From Nitrospira sp. (GTDB lineage Bacteria > Nitrospirota > Nitrospiria > Nitrospirales > Nitrospiraceae): a DNA stretch of 64,000 nucleotides. Location: contig JAOUHD010000001.1 in the NCBI GenBank assembly GCA_029865345.1, positions 10,488-74,487 on the forward strand, read 5' to 3'. Both the position numbers and the translations under genes were made by a program. How positions within the stretch are numbered: the stretch's first letter is position 1; every line of letters begins with the position of its first letter. Of this stretch, positions 28,242 to 42,505 are shown one piece after another. Below the pieces are notes generated by a model, which saw only the letters and a list, made by a program, of their open reading frames with translations, did no database searches and had not been told where the DNA came from.

Positions 28242-31200
28242 TTGGAAGGCGTATATACACTGTTTGAAAAGCAACGGGATTCGGTGTCGTTTGATGCGAT
28301 GCGGATTCGCATCGCATCGCCCGAGAAGATCCGATCTTGGTCGTATGGTGAAGTCAAGAAACCGGAAACGATCAACTATCGGTCATTCAAGCCTGAAAAA
28401 GACGGGCTGTTTTGTGCCAAGATCTTCGGTCCTACCAAGGATTGGGAGTGCAATTGCGGGAAATACAAGCGCATGAAGCACCGAGGGATCGTGTGCGACA
28501 AATGCGGCGTCGAGGTGATTCAGTCGAAGGTTCGACGTGAACGGATGGGCCATATCGAATTGGCTGCGCCTGTCGCCCATATTTGGTTTCTGAAGGGTGT
28601 TCCGAGTCGGATTGGAACCCTGCTTGATATGAGCCTCAAGCAGCTCGAGAAAATTCTCTACTTTGAGAGTTATGTCTGTGTGGACCCAGGCTCAACCGAC
28701 CTAGGGGAAAAAGAGTTGGTGCCGGAAGATAAGCTGCGGACCCTTGTATCTGAGTTCGGGTCGAGCGGGTTTAAGGTTGGAATCGGTGCAGAGGCTATCC
28801 GTGACTTATTGAGGAAGATCGATATTAATGCGCTGTGGGATGAATTGCAGGTGAAGTCAAAAGCGTCGACATCGGCAGCCATGAAGAAGAAGTATGCCAA
28901 GCGCTTAAAGGTACTGGAGGCGTTTCGTAAGTCTGGGAATAAGCCGGAATGGATGATCATGGATGTCATTCCGGTCCTGCCGCCGGAGTTGCGTCCCCTG
29001 GTTCCGCTTGATGGAGGCCGATTTGCCACATCTGATCTGAACGACCTCTACCGTCGTGTGATCAATCGAAATAATCGGTTGAAACGATTGATGGAGTTGA
29101 AGGCGCCAGGCGTCATCATCAGGAACGAGATGCGGATGCTGCAGGAAGCTGTGGATGCGCTCTTCGATAATGGTCGCCGAGGGCGCGCGATTCGTGGTCC
29201 AAACAAGCGTCCACTGAAATCGTTGAGCGACATGCTGAAGGGAAAGCAAGGACGGTTCCGGCAGAATCTACTCGGGAAGCGTGTGGATTACTCTGGTCGT
29301 ACCGTCATTGTTGTCGGTCCTGAGCTGCGTCTCCATCAATGTGGTTTACCGAAGAAGATGGCACTTGAGTTGTTCAAGCCGTTCATCTTTCACAAGTTGG
29401 AAGCCCGAGGTGCGGCTACTACTATTAAGAGTGCCAAGCGGTTAGTTGAAAAAGAGCGGCCAGAGGTTTGGGATGTATTGGACGAAGTGATTCGCGAGCA
29501 CCCTGTACTGCTGAATCGAGCCCCGACGCTCCATCGGTTGGGCATCCAGGCCTTCGATCCTGTGTTAGTTGAGGGCAAGGCGATCCGATTGCATCCGCTC
29601 GTCTGCGCCGCGTTCAATGCGGACTTCGATGGAGATCAGATGGCGGTGCACGTCCCGCTATCCGTTGAAGCGCAGGTTGAAGCACGGGTTCTCATGATGT
29701 CCATCAACAACATTCTTTCTCCGGCCAATGGTAAGCCGATTGCGGTGCCGTCGCAGGATATGGTGTTGGGCTGCTATTGGTTGACGAAAGAGCGGTTGGG
29801 CGCAAAGGGCGAGGGGAAGGTGTTTGGGTCCCCTGAAGAAGTTCGGATTGCCTATGATGCGAGAGAAATGGAAGAGCATGCGCGGATTAAGGTGCGTCTT
29901 GAGGGTTCACTGGTGCAGACAACTGTTGGCCGTGTCTTGCTGTCAGAAATCCTTCCGCAAGGTTTACCGTTCGCCAATGCGAACAAGCTCATGACCAAAA
30001 AGGAGATGACGAAACTCATTGATTCGGTCTATCGACAGACTGGTCATCGAGACACCGTCGAGTTTCTGGATAAGATCAAAGATATTGGCTTTACCTATGC
30101 GACGAGAGCCGGTTTGTCGATCTGCGTCGATAATATGCACATTCCGAGTAAGAAGGAAGAACTTATCGGGAAAGCGCAGCGCGAAGTGATCGAGATCGAG
30201 AAACAGTATTCGGAGGGGTTGATCACGAACGGCGAACGGTACAACAAGGTGATCGACATTTGGGCACACGTCACTGAGCAGGTTGCCAACGAGATGATGA
30301 AGGAGCTCGGCGCCGGCGGTGATCCGGCCAAAGCCGAATCGTTCAACCCAATCTTCATGATGGCGGATTCTGGTGCTCGTGGTAGTTCGCAACAGATTCG
30401 GCAGTTGGGTGGTATGCGCGGATTGATGGCCAAGCCATCCGGTGAGATCATTGAAACGCCGATCACCGCAAACTTCCGTGAAGGGTTGACGGTGTTGCAG
30501 TACTTCATTTCCACTCACGGTGCTCGTAAGGGGCTTGCCGATACGGCGTTGAAGACCGCCAATTCAGGGTATCTCACTCGGAGATTGGTCGATATTGCTC
30601 AAGACGTCATTATTAATGAGCTTGATTGTGGTACGCGAGACGGCATTACTGTCAGTCCATTGGTCGAAGGTGGTGAAATTATCCAGCCGTTGGAAGAGCG
30701 CGTTCTCGGTCGTTTGGCGGCAGAGGATATTCGTGACCCCGTCACCGGGGAAATTATTGTGTCTTGGAATGAAGAAATCAATGAAGAGCTAACGAAGTTG
30801 ATCGTTGAGGCGGGAGTTGACCGTGTGAAGATTCGGTCCGTGCTGACCTGTCAATCTCCCCGTGGTGTCTGTCGTGCCTGTTACGGTCGAGATCTGGCGC
30901 GAGGGCGTCTGGTGGAAAAGGGAGAGCCGGTCGGTGTCATCGCGGCGCAATCAATCGGCGAACCTGGCACGCAGTTGACGATGCGGACCTTTCACATCGG
31001 CGGCACGGCCAGTAAGGTCGTCGAGCAGACCGTGCTTGAGGCGAAACATGCCGGGCGCATTAAGTTCATGAGCTTCGATGCCAAAAAGAACGCCGACATT
31101 CACAATGGTGGTATTGCGGTACGGAATAAAGATGGTGAATGGGTCGTTATGAATCGTAATACAAAGATTGCGATTGTCGATGATAGTGGACGAGAGCGTG

Positions 31201-32420
31201 AGAAGTACCCCGTGGTGTATGGGGCTAAGATCAAGATTAAAGATGGCGATTCGGTTGCCGCTGGCCAGAAATTGGTCGAGTGGGACCCGTACTCTCTGAC
31301 TATTCTGACGGAAGTGGGTGGGAGAGTGGCGTACGGTGATATTGTCGAAGGTGTCACGATGAAGGACGAGTTCGATGAAGTAACTGGCTTGTCGCGTAAG
31401 GTTATCATTGAGCATACCGGCCAGACACTTCGTCCTCGCGTGTCGATTAAAGACGACAGTGGTAAAACGGCCAAAGCAACCGGCGGATCTAGCGCGGTGG
31501 CCAGATACTTATTACCGGTCGGAGCCCATATCTTTGTCGAAAAAGGGGCCACCGTGCATCCCGGTGATGTCTTGGCAAAGATTCCTCGTGAGACGACGAA
31601 GACTAAGGACATTACGGGAGGTCTTCCGCGCGTGGTGGAGCTGTTCGAGGCGAGGAAGCCAAAAGAGCAGGCGGTCATCACTGAGATCGATGGAGAGGTC
31701 TCCTACGGTGGGTTCGTCAAAGGCCAGCGCAAGGTTCTCGTCGACAACAAGATGGGTGATGTGAAGGAATATTTTATTCCTAAGGGCAAGCACGTCAACG
31801 TTCACGAAGGTGACTGGGTTCGGGCTGGAGAGCCGTTGATGGACGGCTCGGCAAATCCTCATGACATTCTTGATGTGTTGGGTCCGAATGAATTGCAGAA
31901 GTACCTCGTGGATGAGGTGCAGGACGTATATCGATTGCAAGGCGTTTCGATTAACGACAAACATATCGAGATCATCGTGCGGCAAATGCTGCGTAAGGTG
32001 CGGGTTGAAGATCCGGGAGATACCCATTTTTTGCCGGCCAGTCAAGTCAGCAAGAGTCTCTTCGAAAAAGAAAATGAGCGAGTGCTCGCCAATGGCGGCA
32101 CGCCTGCTCTGGGCAAGCCTGTCTTGCTTGGGATTACCAAGGCGGCCCTCACGACCGATAGCTTTATTTCTGCGGCATCATTCCAGGAAACCACACGCGT
32201 ACTCACTGAAGCCGCGATCAATGGACGCGAGGATAAGTTATTGGGCTTGAAGGAAAACGTCATTGTGGGTCGTTTGATTCCGGCAGGGTCCGGGTTTGAA
32301 GAGTACCGCGATACGTTCGTCATCAGTGAGAAGCCTGAGGTAATACCTGTAGGTGTTACAACTGCAGTATCATCTGGTGCGGCAGTTCCAGCGGTTTCAG
32401 GGGAAGGTGCTCGGTCTTAG
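28242..32420 (+). CDS. rpoC: RNA polymerase beta' subunit
   Basis: TTG start behind AGGAGG; zinc finger CNCGK...CDKC, catalytic [21 protein letters not shown]. Confidence 0.99.
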   Translation: MEGVYTLFEKQRDSVSFDAMRIRIASPEKIRSWSYGEVKKPETINYRSFKPEKDGLFCAKIFGPTKDWECNCGKYKRMKHRGIVCDKCGVEVIQSKVRRERMGHIELAAPVAHIWFLKGVPSRIGTLLDMSLKQLEKILYFESYVCVDPGSTDLGEKELVPEDKLRTLVSEFGSSGFKVGIGAEAIRDLLRKIDINALWDELQVKSKASTSAAMKKKYAKRLKVLEAFRKSGNKPEWMIMDVIPVLPPELRPLVPLDGGRFATSDLNDLYRRVINRNNRLKRLMELKAPGVIIRNEMRMLQEAVDALFDNGRRGRAIRGPNKRPLKSLSDMLKGKQGRFRQNLLGKRVDYSGRTVIVVGPELRLHQCGLPKKMALELFKPFIFHKLEARGAATTIKSAKRLVEKERPEVWDVLDEVIREHPVLLNRAPTLHRLGIQAFDPVLVEGKAIRLHPLVCAAFNADFDGDQMAVHVPLSVEAQVEARVLMMSINNILSPANGKPIAVPSQDMVLGCYWLTKERLGAKGEGKVFGSPEEVRIAYDAREMEEHARIKVRLEGSLVQTTVGRVLLSEILPQGLPFANANKLMTKKEMTKLIDSVYRQTGHRDTVEFLDKIKDIGFTYATRAGLSICVDNMHIPSKKEELIGKAQREVIEIEKQYSEGLITNGERYNKVIDIWAHVTEQVANEMMKELGAGGDPAKAESFNPIFMMADSGARGSSQQIRQLGGMRGLMAKPSGEIIETPITANFREGLTVLQYFISTHGARKGLADTALKTANSGYLTRRLVDIAQDVIINELDCGTRDGITVSPLVEGGEIIQPLEERVLGRLAAEDIRDPVTGEIIVSWNEEINEELTKLIVEAGVDRVKIRSVLTCQSPRGVCRACYGRDLARGRLVEKGEPVGVIAAQSIGEPGTQLTMRTFHIGGTASKVVEQTVLEAKHAGRIKFMSFDAKKNADIHNGGIAVRNKDGEWVVMNRNTKIAIVDDSGREREKYPVVYGAKIKIKDGDSVAAGQKLVEWDPYSLTILTEVGGRVAYGDIVEGVTMKDEFDEVTGLSRKVIIEHTGQTLRPRVSIKDDSGKTAKATGGSSAVARYLLPVGAHIFVEKGATVHPGDVLAKIPRETTKTKDITGGLPRVVELFEARKPKEQAVITEIDGEVSYGGFVKGQRKVLVDNKMGDVKEYFIPKGKHVNVHEGDWVRAGEPLMDGSANPHDILDVLGPNELQKYLVDEVQDVYRLQGVSINDKHIEIIVRQMLRKVRVEDPGDTHFLPASQVSKSLFEKENERVLANGGTPALGKPVLLGITKAALTTDSFISAASFQETTRVLTEAAINGREDKLLGLKENVIVGRLIPAGSGFEEYRDTFVISEKPEVIPVGVTTAVSSGAAVPAVSGEGARS

Positions 32421-32441
32421 TGCGTGACGGATATTGCCTAC

Positions 32442-32470
32442 TTGACAGTCGGCGTTTACGTCACTATAAT
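32442..32470 (+). promoter_or_regulatory. Perfect consensus sigma70 promoter TTGACA-N17-TATAAT for the str operon
   Basis: TTGACA 32442-32447, TATAAT 32465-32470. Confidence 0.9.
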
Positions 32471-32527
32471 CCGGCGGCTTTGCACTTGACGGTTGGTGCT
32501 TGTTCTATTTGAAAGGGTTTGAACGCG

Positions 32528-32899
32528 ATGCCGACGATCAATCAGCTGGTTCGGAAAGGCAGGATCTTTGTGAAGGCAAAGACCAAAAGTCCTGCCCTGA
32601 AGTCCTGTCCGCAGAAAAGAGGCGTGTGTCTTCGTGTATACACAACGACGCCGAAGAAGCCGAACTCAGCATTGCGAAAAGTTGCGCGTGTGCGCCTTAC
32701 GAACGGTATGGAGGTGACGACGTATATACCTGGCGTAGGGCACAATCTTCAGGAGCATTCTATTGTGCTTGTGCGTGGAGGTCGCGTTAAAGATTTGCCG
32801 GGCGTTCGATACCATTTGGTTCGTGGCGCCTTGGACGCGGTGGGTGTAGCTGGAAGAAAGCAGAGTCGTTCGAAGTATGGAGCAAAGCGGCCCAAGTAG
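32528..32899 (+). CDS. rpsL: 30S ribosomal protein S12
   Basis: [34 protein letters not shown]. Confidence 0.99.
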   Translation: MPTINQLVRKGRIFVKAKTKSPALKSCPQKRGVCLRVYTTTPKKPNSALRKVARVRLTNGMEVTTYIPGVGHNLQEHSIVLVRGGRVKDLPGVRYHLVRGALDAVGVAGRKQSRSKYGAKRPK

Positions 32900-32944
32900 A
32901 TTTTGTGAGTTTTGAAAATCATCACACGGATTGGATAGGTTGAT

Positions 32945-33415
32945 ATGCCACGCAGTAGGTTTTTGGGTCAACGAGAAGTGCTTCCAGATGTGCGGTACCG
33001 AGATAAGCTGGTCGGGAAGTTTATTAACGCGCTAATGAGTAGCGGGAAAAAGAGTACGACGGAACGGATATGCTATGGCGCGTTTGATGTTATTCAGGAG
33101 AAAACTGGCGGCGACCCGCTGAAAGTGTTTAAGGCAGCTGTAGATAATGTAAAGCCGATTGTTGAAGTCAAGTCTCGTCGAGTAGGGGGTGCCTCCTATC
33201 AGGTTCCGGTCGAAATTAGGCCTGCACGTCGAGTGTCGTTGGCGCTTCGTTGGTTATCGCAGTATGCCCGTACACGCGGTGGCAAGAGTATGCGTGAAAA
33301 GCTTGCCGCTGAACTGATGGATGCATCGAATAATACAGGGGCTGCGGTCAAGAAGCGGGAAGACGTGCATCGGATGGCAGAAGCCAATAAAGCATTCGCC
33401 CATTATCGCTGGTAG
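32945..33415 (+). CDS. rpsG: 30S ribosomal protein S7
   Basis: [30 protein letters not shown]. Confidence 0.99.
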   Translation: MPRSRFLGQREVLPDVRYRDKLVGKFINALMSSGKKSTTERICYGAFDVIQEKTGGDPLKVFKAAVDNVKPIVEVKSRRVGGASYQVPVEIRPARRVSLALRWLSQYARTRGGKSMREKLAAELMDASNNTGAAVKKREDVHRMAEANKAFAHYRW

Positions 33416-33538
33416 TGTCATTCTGTGCTGCAGTTGAGCCGTGCTGCGATCGGCAGACTCTGGCCAGCTTGTATCGCAGCGGTATTTCTTTGCTTGACTT
33501 GCGGCACTCGTTTTTTTTGAGAGAGTTAGGGAGTTAAA

Positions 33539-35608
33539 GTGGCTCGTCAGACATCGTTAGGGCAAACGCGCAATATCGGTATCATGGCCCATATTGATGC
33601 CGGTAAGACTACGACCACGGAGCGCATCCTCTATTATACGGGCATGACTCATAAGCTGGGTGAGGTCCATGAGGGTGCGGCCACGATGGATTGGATGGAG
33701 CAAGAGCGTGAGCGAGGCATTACCATTACGGCCGCCGCGACAACCTGTTTCTGGCGTGATCATCGCATTAATATTATTGATACACCTGGGCACGTTGACT
33801 TTACAATTGAGGTGGAGCGCTCCTTGCGAGTGCTTGATGGGGCGGTAGCAGCGTTTGATTCTGTTCAGGGTGTTGAGCCTCAGTCTGAAACGGTCTGGCG
33901 TCAAGCTGATAAGTATCATGTGCCTCGTATCGCCTTCATGAATAAGATGGATCGTGTCGGTGCGGATTTCTACGGAAGTGTCCAGTCTATCATTGATCGA
34001 CTGGGGGCTATGCCGGTTCCGATTCAGATTCCGATCGGGCGTGAAGCAGAATTTCGAGGATCGATTGATCTGGTAAGGATGAAGGGATTCTTCTACGACG
34101 ACGAAACGTTGGGTGCGAAGTATAAGGTCGATGAAATTCCTGAGGCTCTTCTCGCTCAGGCGAAAGAGTACCGAGAGAAAATGCTCGATGCGGTGGCAGA
34201 GTTTGATGACCAGGTTATGGAGAAGTATTTGAGCGGCCATCCATTGACTGAAGAAGAGGTTATGCGCGCGATCAGAGCTGGCGTTATCTCGATGAAGATT
34301 ACTCCGGTGCTGTGTGGGTCGGCTTTTAAGAATAAGGGCGTTCAGCAGTTGCTGGATGCCGTTGTTGACTACCTGCCGTCTCCGCTTGATGTTCCTCCGG
34401 TCATGGGGTTGGATCCGAATAGCAGTAAAGAAGTTGAGCGAAAGTCGGATGACGGTGAGCCATTTTCTGCATTGGCATTCAAGATCATGTCTGATCCATT
34501 TGCCGGACAGTTGACATTTTTCCGTGTCTATTCTGGAACGTTGAAAACTGGCACAGCGGTTTTGAATGTGACCAAGGGGACAAAGGACCGCATTGGGCGT
34601 CTCTTGAAGATGCATGCCAATAAGCGAGAAGAAATCGATGAGGTGTACGCAGGGGACATCGCTGCAGCGGTGGGGCTTAAGGGGGCTACAACGGGAGATA
34701 CGCTGGCGGATGAAAAGCAGCCAGTGCTCCTGGAGGTGATGAAGTTTCCTGAGCCGGTGATTGCGATGGCAATTGAGCCTAAGACAAAGCAAGATCAAGA
34801 GAAGATGGGTTTCGCCCTCCAGAAATTGGCTCAAGAGGATCCATCATTCCGTGTGCGGACGGACGAAGAGACTCAGCAGACGATCATTGCTGGAATGGGT
34901 GAATTGCATCTTGAAATCATCGTCGATCGAATGTTGCGTGAGTTTAAAGTTGAAGCAAATGTAGGAAAGCCTGAGGTGGCATTCCGGGAGACGATCAGGC
35001 GGAAGGCTGAGGCTGAATCGAAATATGTTAAACAGACTGGCGGGCGTGGACAGTACGGTCATGTTGTCTTAACAGTTGAGCCTTCAGAGTCAGGTAAGGG
35101 GCTTGAGTTTGTGAATAAGGTTGTGGGTGGGGCAATTCCGAAGGAGTTTGTCCCTGCTATTGAGAAGGGTGTTCGCGAGCGGATGGAAAGCGGTGTAGTT
35201 GCAGGGTATCCGCTTCGGGATGTGAAGGTGACGGTGATTGATGGTTCCTACCACGATGTCGATTCAAATGAAATGGCATTTAAGATTGCAGGGTCAATGG
35301 GATTTGCTGATGCGTGTAAGAGGGCCGATCCTGTCCTGCTTGAACCAATTATGAAGGTTGAGGTTTTGGTTCCGCAGGAGTTCATGGGTGATGTGATTGG
35401 TAACTTGAACAGCCGGCGAGGTAAAGTGCAAGGAATGAAGGTCCGGGCTGGTGCTCAAGCTATTGATGCTGCCGTGCCCTTAATGGAGATGTTTGGCTAT
35501 GCGACTGATCTCCGGTCTCGTACGCAGGGTCGTGCGACCTATAGCATGGAGTTTGATCGGTATGATCAGGTTCCTAGAAATATTGCGGAAGCCATCATCA
35601 AGAAATAG
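33539..35608 (+). CDS. fusA: Elongation factor G
   Basis: [48 protein letters not shown]. Confidence 0.99.
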   Translation: MARQTSLGQTRNIGIMAHIDAGKTTTTERILYYTGMTHKLGEVHEGAATMDWMEQERERGITITAAATTCFWRDHRINIIDTPGHVDFTIEVERSLRVLDGAVAAFDSVQGVEPQSETVWRQADKYHVPRIAFMNKMDRVGADFYGSVQSIIDRLGAMPVPIQIPIGREAEFRGSIDLVRMKGFFYDDETLGAKYKVDEIPEALLAQAKEYREKMLDAVAEFDDQVMEKYLSGHPLTEEEVMRAIRAGVISMKITPVLCGSAFKNKGVQQLLDAVVDYLPSPLDVPPVMGLDPNSSKEVERKSDDGEPFSALAFKIMSDPFAGQLTFFRVYSGTLKTGTAVLNVTKGTKDRIGRLLKMHANKREEIDEVYAGDIAAAVGLKGATTGDTLADEKQPVLLEVMKFPEPVIAMAIEPKTKQDQEKMGFALQKLAQEDPSFRVRTDEETQQTIIAGMGELHLEIIVDRMLREFKVEANVGKPEVAFRETIRRKAEAESKYVKQTGGRGQYGHVVLTVEPSESGKGLEFVNKVVGGAIPKEFVPAIEKGVRERMESGVVAGYPLRDVKVTVIDGSYHDVDSNEMAFKIAGSMGFADACKRADPVLLEPIMKVEVLVPQEFMGDVIGNLNSRRGKVQGMKVRAGAQAIDAAVPLMEMFGYATDLRSRTQGRATYSMEFDRYDQVPRNIAEAIIKK

Positions 35609-35635
35609 CGTGGTGAATTAGGAGGGGGTGGCATT

Positions 35636-36841
<1,206 letters not shown>

Positions 36842-36879
36842 GACGGAACTGTTCGCTTGACAGGTTAGGAGTGAATGAC

Positions 36880-37191
36880 GTGAAAGTCGATCAGCGGATC
36901 AGGATCAGATTAAGGGGTTTTGACTACCGAGTGCTGGATCAGTCGGTTACGGAAATTGTTGAGACTGTTCGGCGCAGTGGGGCTAGGGTAGTGGGGCCAA
37001 TTCCGCTTCCTACGCGGATTGAAAAGATTACCGTCCAACGGTCAACGCACGCTGATAAGAAATCCCGTGAGCAATTTGAGATGCGCACACATAAGCGATT
37101 GCTCGATATTATGGAGCCAACGCCTGAGACGATGGATTCCTTGATGAAACTGAATTTGGCGGCGGGAGTGGATGTAGAGATAAAACTATGA
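36880..37191 (+). CDS. rpsJ: 30S ribosomal protein S10
   Basis: [37 protein letters not shown]; GTG at 36880 is 8 nt behind AGGAG. Confidence 0.97.
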   Translation: MKVDQRIRIRLRGFDYRVLDQSVTEIVETVRRSGARVVGPIPLPTRIEKITVQRSTHADKKSREQFEMRTHKRLLDIMEPTPETMDSLMKLNLAAGVDVEIKL

Positions 37192-37252
37192 TGGCGCATG
37201 AGTTTAGGGTTGGATGTGATCTTGATTGTCCTCTCAATTATGCGGTGAGTCA

Positions 37253-37873
37253 ATGACAAATGGACTGATTGGAAAGAAGTTGGGAATGACCCAAGTCTTC
37301 GATGTGAGTCGTTTAACTCCAGTGACGATAATCGAGGCGGGTCCGTGTCGAGTGGTGGCGATAAAGACGAAAGAACGGGATCAATATGAAGCGGTCCAGC
37401 TTTCTTTCGGTGAAGTCAAAGAGCGCAAGCTGTCGAAGTCAGAGTTAGGGCATCTCAAGAAAAACCAAGCGGCGCCAAGTCGTATCCTGCGTGAGTTTAA
37501 AAAAGACGGAAATCCGGCTGTCGGACAAGTGGTAACGGTCGGCATGTTTCAGAAGGGTGATTGGGTTGACGTCATCGGAATATCCAAAGGTAAGGGGTTT
37601 CAGGGTGTCGTGAAGCGTCATCACTACGCGGGTGGTCCTGAGTCTCATGGGTCCATGTTTCATCGGGCGCCAGGTTCTATAGGGGCGAGTTCGTTTCCTT
37701 CTCGTGTGTGGAAAGGGAAGACCTTGCCTGGCCACATGGGGTCGGAGCGTGTCACGGTTCAGAGGTTGAAGGTCGTTGAGTCGCGGTCTGATGAAAATCT
37801 CCTCTTTGTCCGAGGGGCCATTCCTGGGGCCATTAGCGGCCTCGTTATCGTCCGAAAGTCAAAAAAGAGCTAG
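37253..37873 (+). CDS. rplC: 50S ribosomal protein L3
   Basis: [33 protein letters not shown]. Confidence 0.98.
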   Translation: MTNGLIGKKLGMTQVFDVSRLTPVTIIEAGPCRVVAIKTKERDQYEAVQLSFGEVKERKLSKSELGHLKKNQAAPSRILREFKKDGNPAVGQVVTVGMFQKGDWVDVIGISKGKGFQGVVKRHHYAGGPESHGSMFHRAPGSIGASSFPSRVWKGKTLPGHMGSERVTVQRLKVVESRSDENLLFVRGAIPGAISGLVIVRKSKKS

Positions 37874-37874
37874 T

Positions 37875-38498
37875 ATGCCTACTATCGATCTCGTTGATTT
37901 GCAAAAGAAGAAGGTGGGAACGGTCGATTTATCTCCGCAGGTATTCGGCTGTGAGCCTCGTGCCGCTTTGGTTCATGAAGCGGTCATCATGCAGCGTGCC
38001 TGTGAGCGTAGGGGGACGGCCTCTACGTTGCGGCGCGGTGAAGTGAGCGGATCTGGTAAAAAGCCATGGAAGCAAAAGCATACGGGGCGTGCCAGGGCTG
38101 GGTCTCTTCGCTCTCCTGTCTGGCGCCATGGCGGAAGTGTTTTTGGGCCAAAGCCTAGAAGTTATGCCTATTCTATGCCCAAGAAGAAGTATCGTATTGC
38201 ACTACAGAGCGCATTGTCGGCTAAGGTAGTGGAGAGTAAATTGTTTGTTGTGTCTGATCTTTCCCTCCAGCAGCCCAGAACGAAGTTGCTAGCGCAAGCG
38301 TTAAAGCAATTCACTGGGGGTGATCACGCGCTGGTGATCGTTGGTAAGGATCAGTCTGACATCTTGAAGGCTGCTGGAAATCTCGCTGCTGTGAAGGTGC
38401 TTAGCGCTGATCAGCTGAACGTGTACGATGTGGTTCGCGCCCAAGTGATCATGATTGCCGAGCGGGAGCTTGGTCCTGTGAATGAGGTGTGGTCATGA
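37875..38498 (+). CDS. rplD: 50S ribosomal protein L4
   Basis: KKPWKQKHTGRARAGS.RSP.WRHGG..FGPKPR. Confidence 0.98.
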   Translation: MPTIDLVDLQKKKVGTVDLSPQVFGCEPRAALVHEAVIMQRACERRGTASTLRRGEVSGSGKKPWKQKHTGRARAGSLRSPVWRHGGSVFGPKPRSYAYSMPKKKYRIALQSALSAKVVESKLFVVSDLSLQQPRTKLLAQALKQFTGGDHALVIVGKDQSDILKAAGNLAAVKVLSADQLNVYDVVRAQVIMIAERELGPVNEVWS

Positions 38499-38788
38499 AA
38501 GTTGATAGCCACAGGATCTTGATTCGGCCATTATTAACGGAAAAGCTTACTGCACTTCGGGAAGCAACGAATACGGTGGGTTTTGTAGTTCATCCTGATG
38601 CAAACCGCATTCAGATCAGGCTGGCCGTCGAGGCGCTGTTGAAAGTCAAGGTTGACAAGGTCAACGTCATGAATGTTCGTGGGAAAGTTAAGAAGCTCGG
38701 TCGATTCTCTGGTAGGCGTTCCGATTGGAAGAAGGCGCTGGTGACTCTTAAGCAGGGCGAAAAGTTAGAGATGTACGAAAGTGCCTAG
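38495..38788 (+). CDS. rplW: 50S ribosomal protein L23
   Basis: IRPLLTEK, VKVDKVNVMNV.GK.K, DWKKALVTL. Confidence 0.97.
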   Translation: MKVDSHRILIRPLLTEKLTALREATNTVGFVVHPDANRIQIRLAVEALLKVKVDKVNVMNVRGKVKKLGRFSGRRSDWKKALVTLKQGEKLEMYESA

Positions 38789-38840
38789 TAGGGTCTCGTC
38801 GTCGGCTTGTTCGTGAAGGGTGAAAAGTGGGAGTATTATT

Positions 38841-39683
38841 ATGGGACTGAAGTCGTATCGTCCTACGTCTCCTGGTCGTCGAGGTATGACGGCTGTGGTG
38901 ACCGAGGAGTTAACCAAAAAGAAGCCAGAGAAATCGTTGACTGCTTTCCATATCCGAAGCGGAGGGCGCAACAATGATGGTCGGACGACTGTCAGGTTTC
39001 GTGGGGGAGGGCATAAGCGGCTCTATCGCACGATTGATTTCTTGCGCGATAAAGTTGGAGTTTCAGCTCGGGTTGAGGCTATTGAGTACGATCCGAATCG
39101 ATCAGCACGAATTGCACTCCTGAAATATCTGGACGGAGAGAAGCGGTATATCTTAGCTCCTGTCGGATTAAGCATAAATGATGAAATACAATCTGGCCCT
39201 CAGGCGGAGATCAGACCTGGGAATGCGCTTCCTTTGATGAATATGCCTCTTGGTACGACCATCCACAACCTTGAGTTGAAGGTTGGAAAGGGAGGTCAGT
39301 TGATTCGAAGTGCTGGTGGGTTTGCGCAGGTCATGGGGCGTGATGGTGTGTATGTGCAGGTACGTCTAAAGTCAGGTGAAATGCGTCGAGTCCTAGGGGT
39401 ATGCATGGCGACTGTTGGGCAAGTTGGTAACGTCGACCATGAGAATGTCAGTGTTGGAAAGGCCGGGCGGAATCGTTGGAAAGGGAAGAAGCCTCACGTT
39501 CGAGGGGTTGTGATGAACCCTGTCGACCATCCGCACGGAGGTGGTGAAGGAAAGTCTGGGCAGGGGAATCCTCACCCGGTCTCTCCGTGGGGTCTTCCAA
39601 CCAAGGGGTACAAAACTAGACAGAATAAGAAAACAGATAAGTTCATTATTGCTCGACGTAAGCCAGGAGTTCGCAATGCCTAG
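38841..39683 (+). CDS. rplB: 50S ribosomal protein L2
   Basis: [41 protein letters not shown]. Confidence 0.99.
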   Translation: MGLKSYRPTSPGRRGMTAVVTEELTKKKPEKSLTAFHIRSGGRNNDGRTTVRFRGGGHKRLYRTIDFLRDKVGVSARVEAIEYDPNRSARIALLKYLDGEKRYILAPVGLSINDEIQSGPQAEIRPGNALPLMNMPLGTTIHNLELKVGKGGQLIRSAGGFAQVMGRDGVYVQVRLKSGEMRRVLGVCMATVGQVGNVDHENVSVGKAGRNRWKGKKPHVRGVVMNPVDHPHGGGEGKSGQGNPHPVSPWGLPTKGYKTRQNKKTDKFIIARRKPGVRNA

Positions 39684-39963
39684 ATCGGTAAGTAAGGGCG
39701 CGTTTATTGACGGTCACCTTCTCGAAAAAGTCGAGCGCATGAATGAGACGAAGGACCGCAAGTTAATCAAGACGTGGTCGCGACGGTCAACGGTCATCCC
39801 GGACATGATCGGCCATACGTTCGCGGTTCATAACGGGAAGAAGTTTATTCCGGTGTTCGTGACTGAGAACATGGTTGGTCATAAGCTTGGCGAGTTCGCT
39901 CCAACAAGGTTTTTTAAGGGGCATGGCCATGCAAGGTCTGAAAAGGCTGTCGCACTTAAGTAG
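39676..39963 (+). CDS. rpsS: 30S ribosomal protein S19
   Basis: [38 protein letters not shown]; true ATG at 39676. Confidence 0.98.
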   Translation: MPRSVSKGAFIDGHLLEKVERMNETKDRKLIKTWSRRSTVIPDMIGHTFAVHNGKKFIPVFVTENMVGHKLGEFAPTRFFKGHGHARSEKAVALK

Positions 39964-40053
39964 AAAGGTTGATCGGTTGGCTCATTATCAATGTCTGACG
40001 TATCGCGTTATTCATTGATTGTTGGTATCCAATTGGCTAACAGGGTTTAGAAA

Positions 40054-40410
40054 ATGACTGAAGCACGTGCGGTTCTAAAGTTTGCTCGCGTTGCGCCTCG
40101 GAAGGCAAGACCAGTAATTGATTTGATTCGTGGGAAGCAAGTGCCCATGGTGTTGGCCATCTTGAAGCACACGCCACGCCATGCTGCGAGGCTCGTTGAA
40201 AAAATCGTCCGCTCCGCCGTGGCCAATGCAGAGCTAAAAGAGATGGGCGATAGCGAATCAATGGTCATCTCCAGGGCTTTCGTTGATGGTGGTCCCACAT
40301 ATAAGCGTGTACGTGCGAGGTCGATGGGGCGGGCCAATGCCATTCAAAAGCGTACGAGTCACATTACCGTCGTTGTGACGGCTCCCGAAATTCAGGGTAA
40401 GAGAAAATAG
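40054..40410 (+). CDS. rplV: 50S ribosomal protein L22
   Basis: [41 protein letters not shown]. Confidence 0.98.
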   Translation: MTEARAVLKFARVAPRKARPVIDLIRGKQVPMVLAILKHTPRHAARLVEKIVRSAVANAELKEMGDSESMVISRAFVDGGPTYKRVRARSMGRANAIQKRTSHITVVVTAPEIQGKRK

Positions 40411-40440
40411 CTCATTTCTCTCTATTGAGGCATATAACGC

Positions 40441-41112
40441 ATGGGTCAGAAAACACATCCAATAGGTTATCGGCTTGGCTACAACTATACGTGGAGCTCG
40501 CGCTGGTATGCAGGTAAAGATTACGCCAAACTACTCCATCAGGATGTTAAGATCCGAAAGATGGTTAAGGCAAGGCTGTATCATGCCGGCGTATCCAAAG
40601 TTGAAATTGAGCGTTCTGGTGATCAGACTAGAGTGATTATTCATACTGCTCGCCCTGGCATTATTATCGGACGCAAGGGGGCTGAGGTTGATAAGCTGAA
40701 GGCTGACCTTGAAAAGCAGTATGGGGGACAGGTTTATATTACGGTCAAGGAAATAAAGAAGCCAGAACTTGACGCTCAGCTGGTTAGCGAAAATGTTGCT
40801 ACTCAGCTTGAGAAGCGGGTTGCATTTCGGAGAGCGATGAAGCGCAGTGTTCAGTCCGCATTGAGGCTTGGTGCTCAAGGTATCAAGATCATGGTGGCTG
40901 GTCGTCTGGGTGGTGCTGAAATTGCTCGAACGGAATGGTATCGAGAGGGGCGTGTTCCACTACATACGCTCCGCGCTGAAATAGATTATGGATTCGCCGA
41001 AGCGCACACGACGATGGGGCAGATCGGGGTAAAGACCTGGATCTACAAGGGTGAGCTTCTTCCTGTGCAGCCCTTCAAGGCCGAATCATCTTTAGAACGA
41101 CGGTTTGGGTGA
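40441..41112 (+). CDS. rpsC: 30S ribosomal protein S3
   Basis: [46 protein letters not shown]. Confidence 0.99.
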   Translation: MGQKTHPIGYRLGYNYTWSSRWYAGKDYAKLLHQDVKIRKMVKARLYHAGVSKVEIERSGDQTRVIIHTARPGIIIGRKGAEVDKLKADLEKQYGGQVYITVKEIKKPELDAQLVSENVATQLEKRVAFRRAMKRSVQSALRLGAQGIKIMVAGRLGGAEIARTEWYREGRVPLHTLRAEIDYGFAEAHTTMGQIGVKTWIYKGELLPVQPFKAESSLERRFG

Positions 41113-41124
41113 GGAGATCGACCT

Positions 41125-41550
41125 GTGTTAGCGCCTAAGAAAGTTAAATTTAGAAAGATGCAAAAGGGCCGGATGACCGGCAAGGCCTATCGTGGTGGCC
41201 AAATTACTCTTGGGGAATTTGGTCTCAAGGCATTGGAGCCAGGATGGGTGACGAGCCGGCAAATTGAAGCCGCGCGTATTGCGATTACTCGGTACGTGAA
41301 GCGCGGAGGGCAAGTGTGGACACGCATTTTCCCTGATAAACCGATCACCAAAAAGCCGGCCGAGACTCGAATGGGTAAGGGGAAGGGGAATCCTGAGTAC
41401 TGGGTTGCTGTTGTCAAGCCTGGTAGGATCCTTTATGAGATGGACGGCGTCACCCCAGAGGTTGCTAAAGAGGCGTTTCGTCTTGCGTCGCACAAGTTGC
41501 CGATTGCCACGAAATTGGTTGTTCGTGGCGAGTTTGGTCAAGGTTCTTGA
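41125..41550 (+). CDS. rplP: 50S ribosomal protein L16
   Basis: [29 protein letters not shown]. Confidence 0.99.
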   Translation: MLAPKKVKFRKMQKGRMTGKAYRGGQITLGEFGLKALEPGWVTSRQIEAARIAITRYVKRGGQVWTRIFPDKPITKKPAETRMGKGKGNPEYWVAVVKPGRILYEMDGVTPEVAKEAFRLASHKLPIATKLVVRGEFGQGS

Positions 41551-41573
41551 GAGGATAAAGAGGAGCAGGGGAT

Positions 41574-41789
41574 ATGGCATTGGACGTCAAGGAGCTCCAG
41601 CAGCTAGGGGTGAGTGAGCTTGTCGATAAAGAAAAGCAACTTGTACAAGAGCTGTTCAGTCTACGTTTTCAGTTTGGCTCGGGACGTCTCGAGAATCCTA
41701 TGCAAATCCGAAAAACAAAACGGGATATTGCGCGGGTGAAAACTATTCTCGAGCAAGTGAAGGCCCGAACAGAGGGCCCTAAAAAGTAA
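41574..41789 (+). CDS. rpmC: 50S ribosomal protein L29
   Basis: ELFSLRFQ...G.LENP.QIR..KRDIARVKTIL; synteny. Confidence 0.96.
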   Translation: MALDVKELQQLGVSELVDKEKQLVQELFSLRFQFGSGRLENPMQIRKTKRDIARVKTILEQVKARTEGPKK

Positions 41790-41797
41790 AGGATGCT

Positions 41798-42064
41798 ATG
41801 GCTGAGGTAGTAAAGCGCCGTCATTGGTATGGTGACGTCGTCAGTAACAAAATGCAAAAGACGGTTGTTGTCGTGGTTTCACGAACGGTCACTCATCCAG
41901 TCTATAAGAAGGTTCTTAGGCGGGTGACGAAACTGAAAGCCCACGATGAAGGTGGAGTGTGTAAAGTGGGAGATCGTGTCAAGCTCGTGCAGACGAGGCC
42001 GTTAAGCAAAGAAAAGAACTGGCGTGTCGTTCAAGTCATGGAAAAAGGTCAACCTGAAAAGTAA
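41798..42064 (+). CDS. rpsQ: 30S ribosomal protein S17
   Basis: [33 protein letters not shown]. Confidence 0.98.
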   Translation: MAEVVKRRHWYGDVVSNKMQKTVVVVVSRTVTHPVYKKVLRRVTKLKAHDEGGVCKVGDRVKLVQTRPLSKEKNWRVVQVMEKGQPEK

Positions 42065-42117
42065 GAAGCGGTATTTCGGATGGTCTTTGGTTTACTGCCG
42101 CGCGTAGGAATATAGCG

Positions 42118-42486
42118 ATGATTCAGAACTATACATATATGGATGTGGCCGATAATTCCGGAGCCAAGCAGGCCATGTGTTTTCATGTGTTCGGGGGGAC
42201 GAGACGGCGTTATGCGTCGCTGGGTGATATCGTGGTGGTGGCTGTCAAGGAGGCGATCCCACAGGCGGGCGTGAAGAAGGGGGATGTGAGCCGGGCTGTC
42301 ATCGTCCGAACCACAAAGGAAGTTCGCCGAGAAGATGGATCGTATATTAAGTTTGATCGGAACGCATGCGTGTTGATCAACAAAGATGGCGAGCCAATTG
42401 GAACGCGCATATTCGGTCCTGTTGCCCGCGAGCTCCGCTGGAAGAAATTTATGAAGATCATTTCTTTAGCGCCTGAAGTTTTGTAG
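42118..42486 (+). CDS. rplN: 50S ribosomal protein L14
   Basis: MIQ....[31 protein letters not shown]. Confidence 0.99.
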   Translation: MIQNYTYMDVADNSGAKQAMCFHVFGGTRRRYASLGDIVVVAVKEAIPQAGVKKGDVSRAVIVRTTKEVRREDGSYIKFDRNACVLINKDGEPIGTRIFGPVARELRWKKFMKIISLAPEVL

Positions 42487-42505
42487 GGCAGAACAAACGA
42501 GGAGC

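Noticed and set aside
36857-36862. TTGACA before rpsJ as an internal S10 promoter
   Set aside because: The -10 position would fall on the start codon (GTGAAA); no acceptable -10 box.
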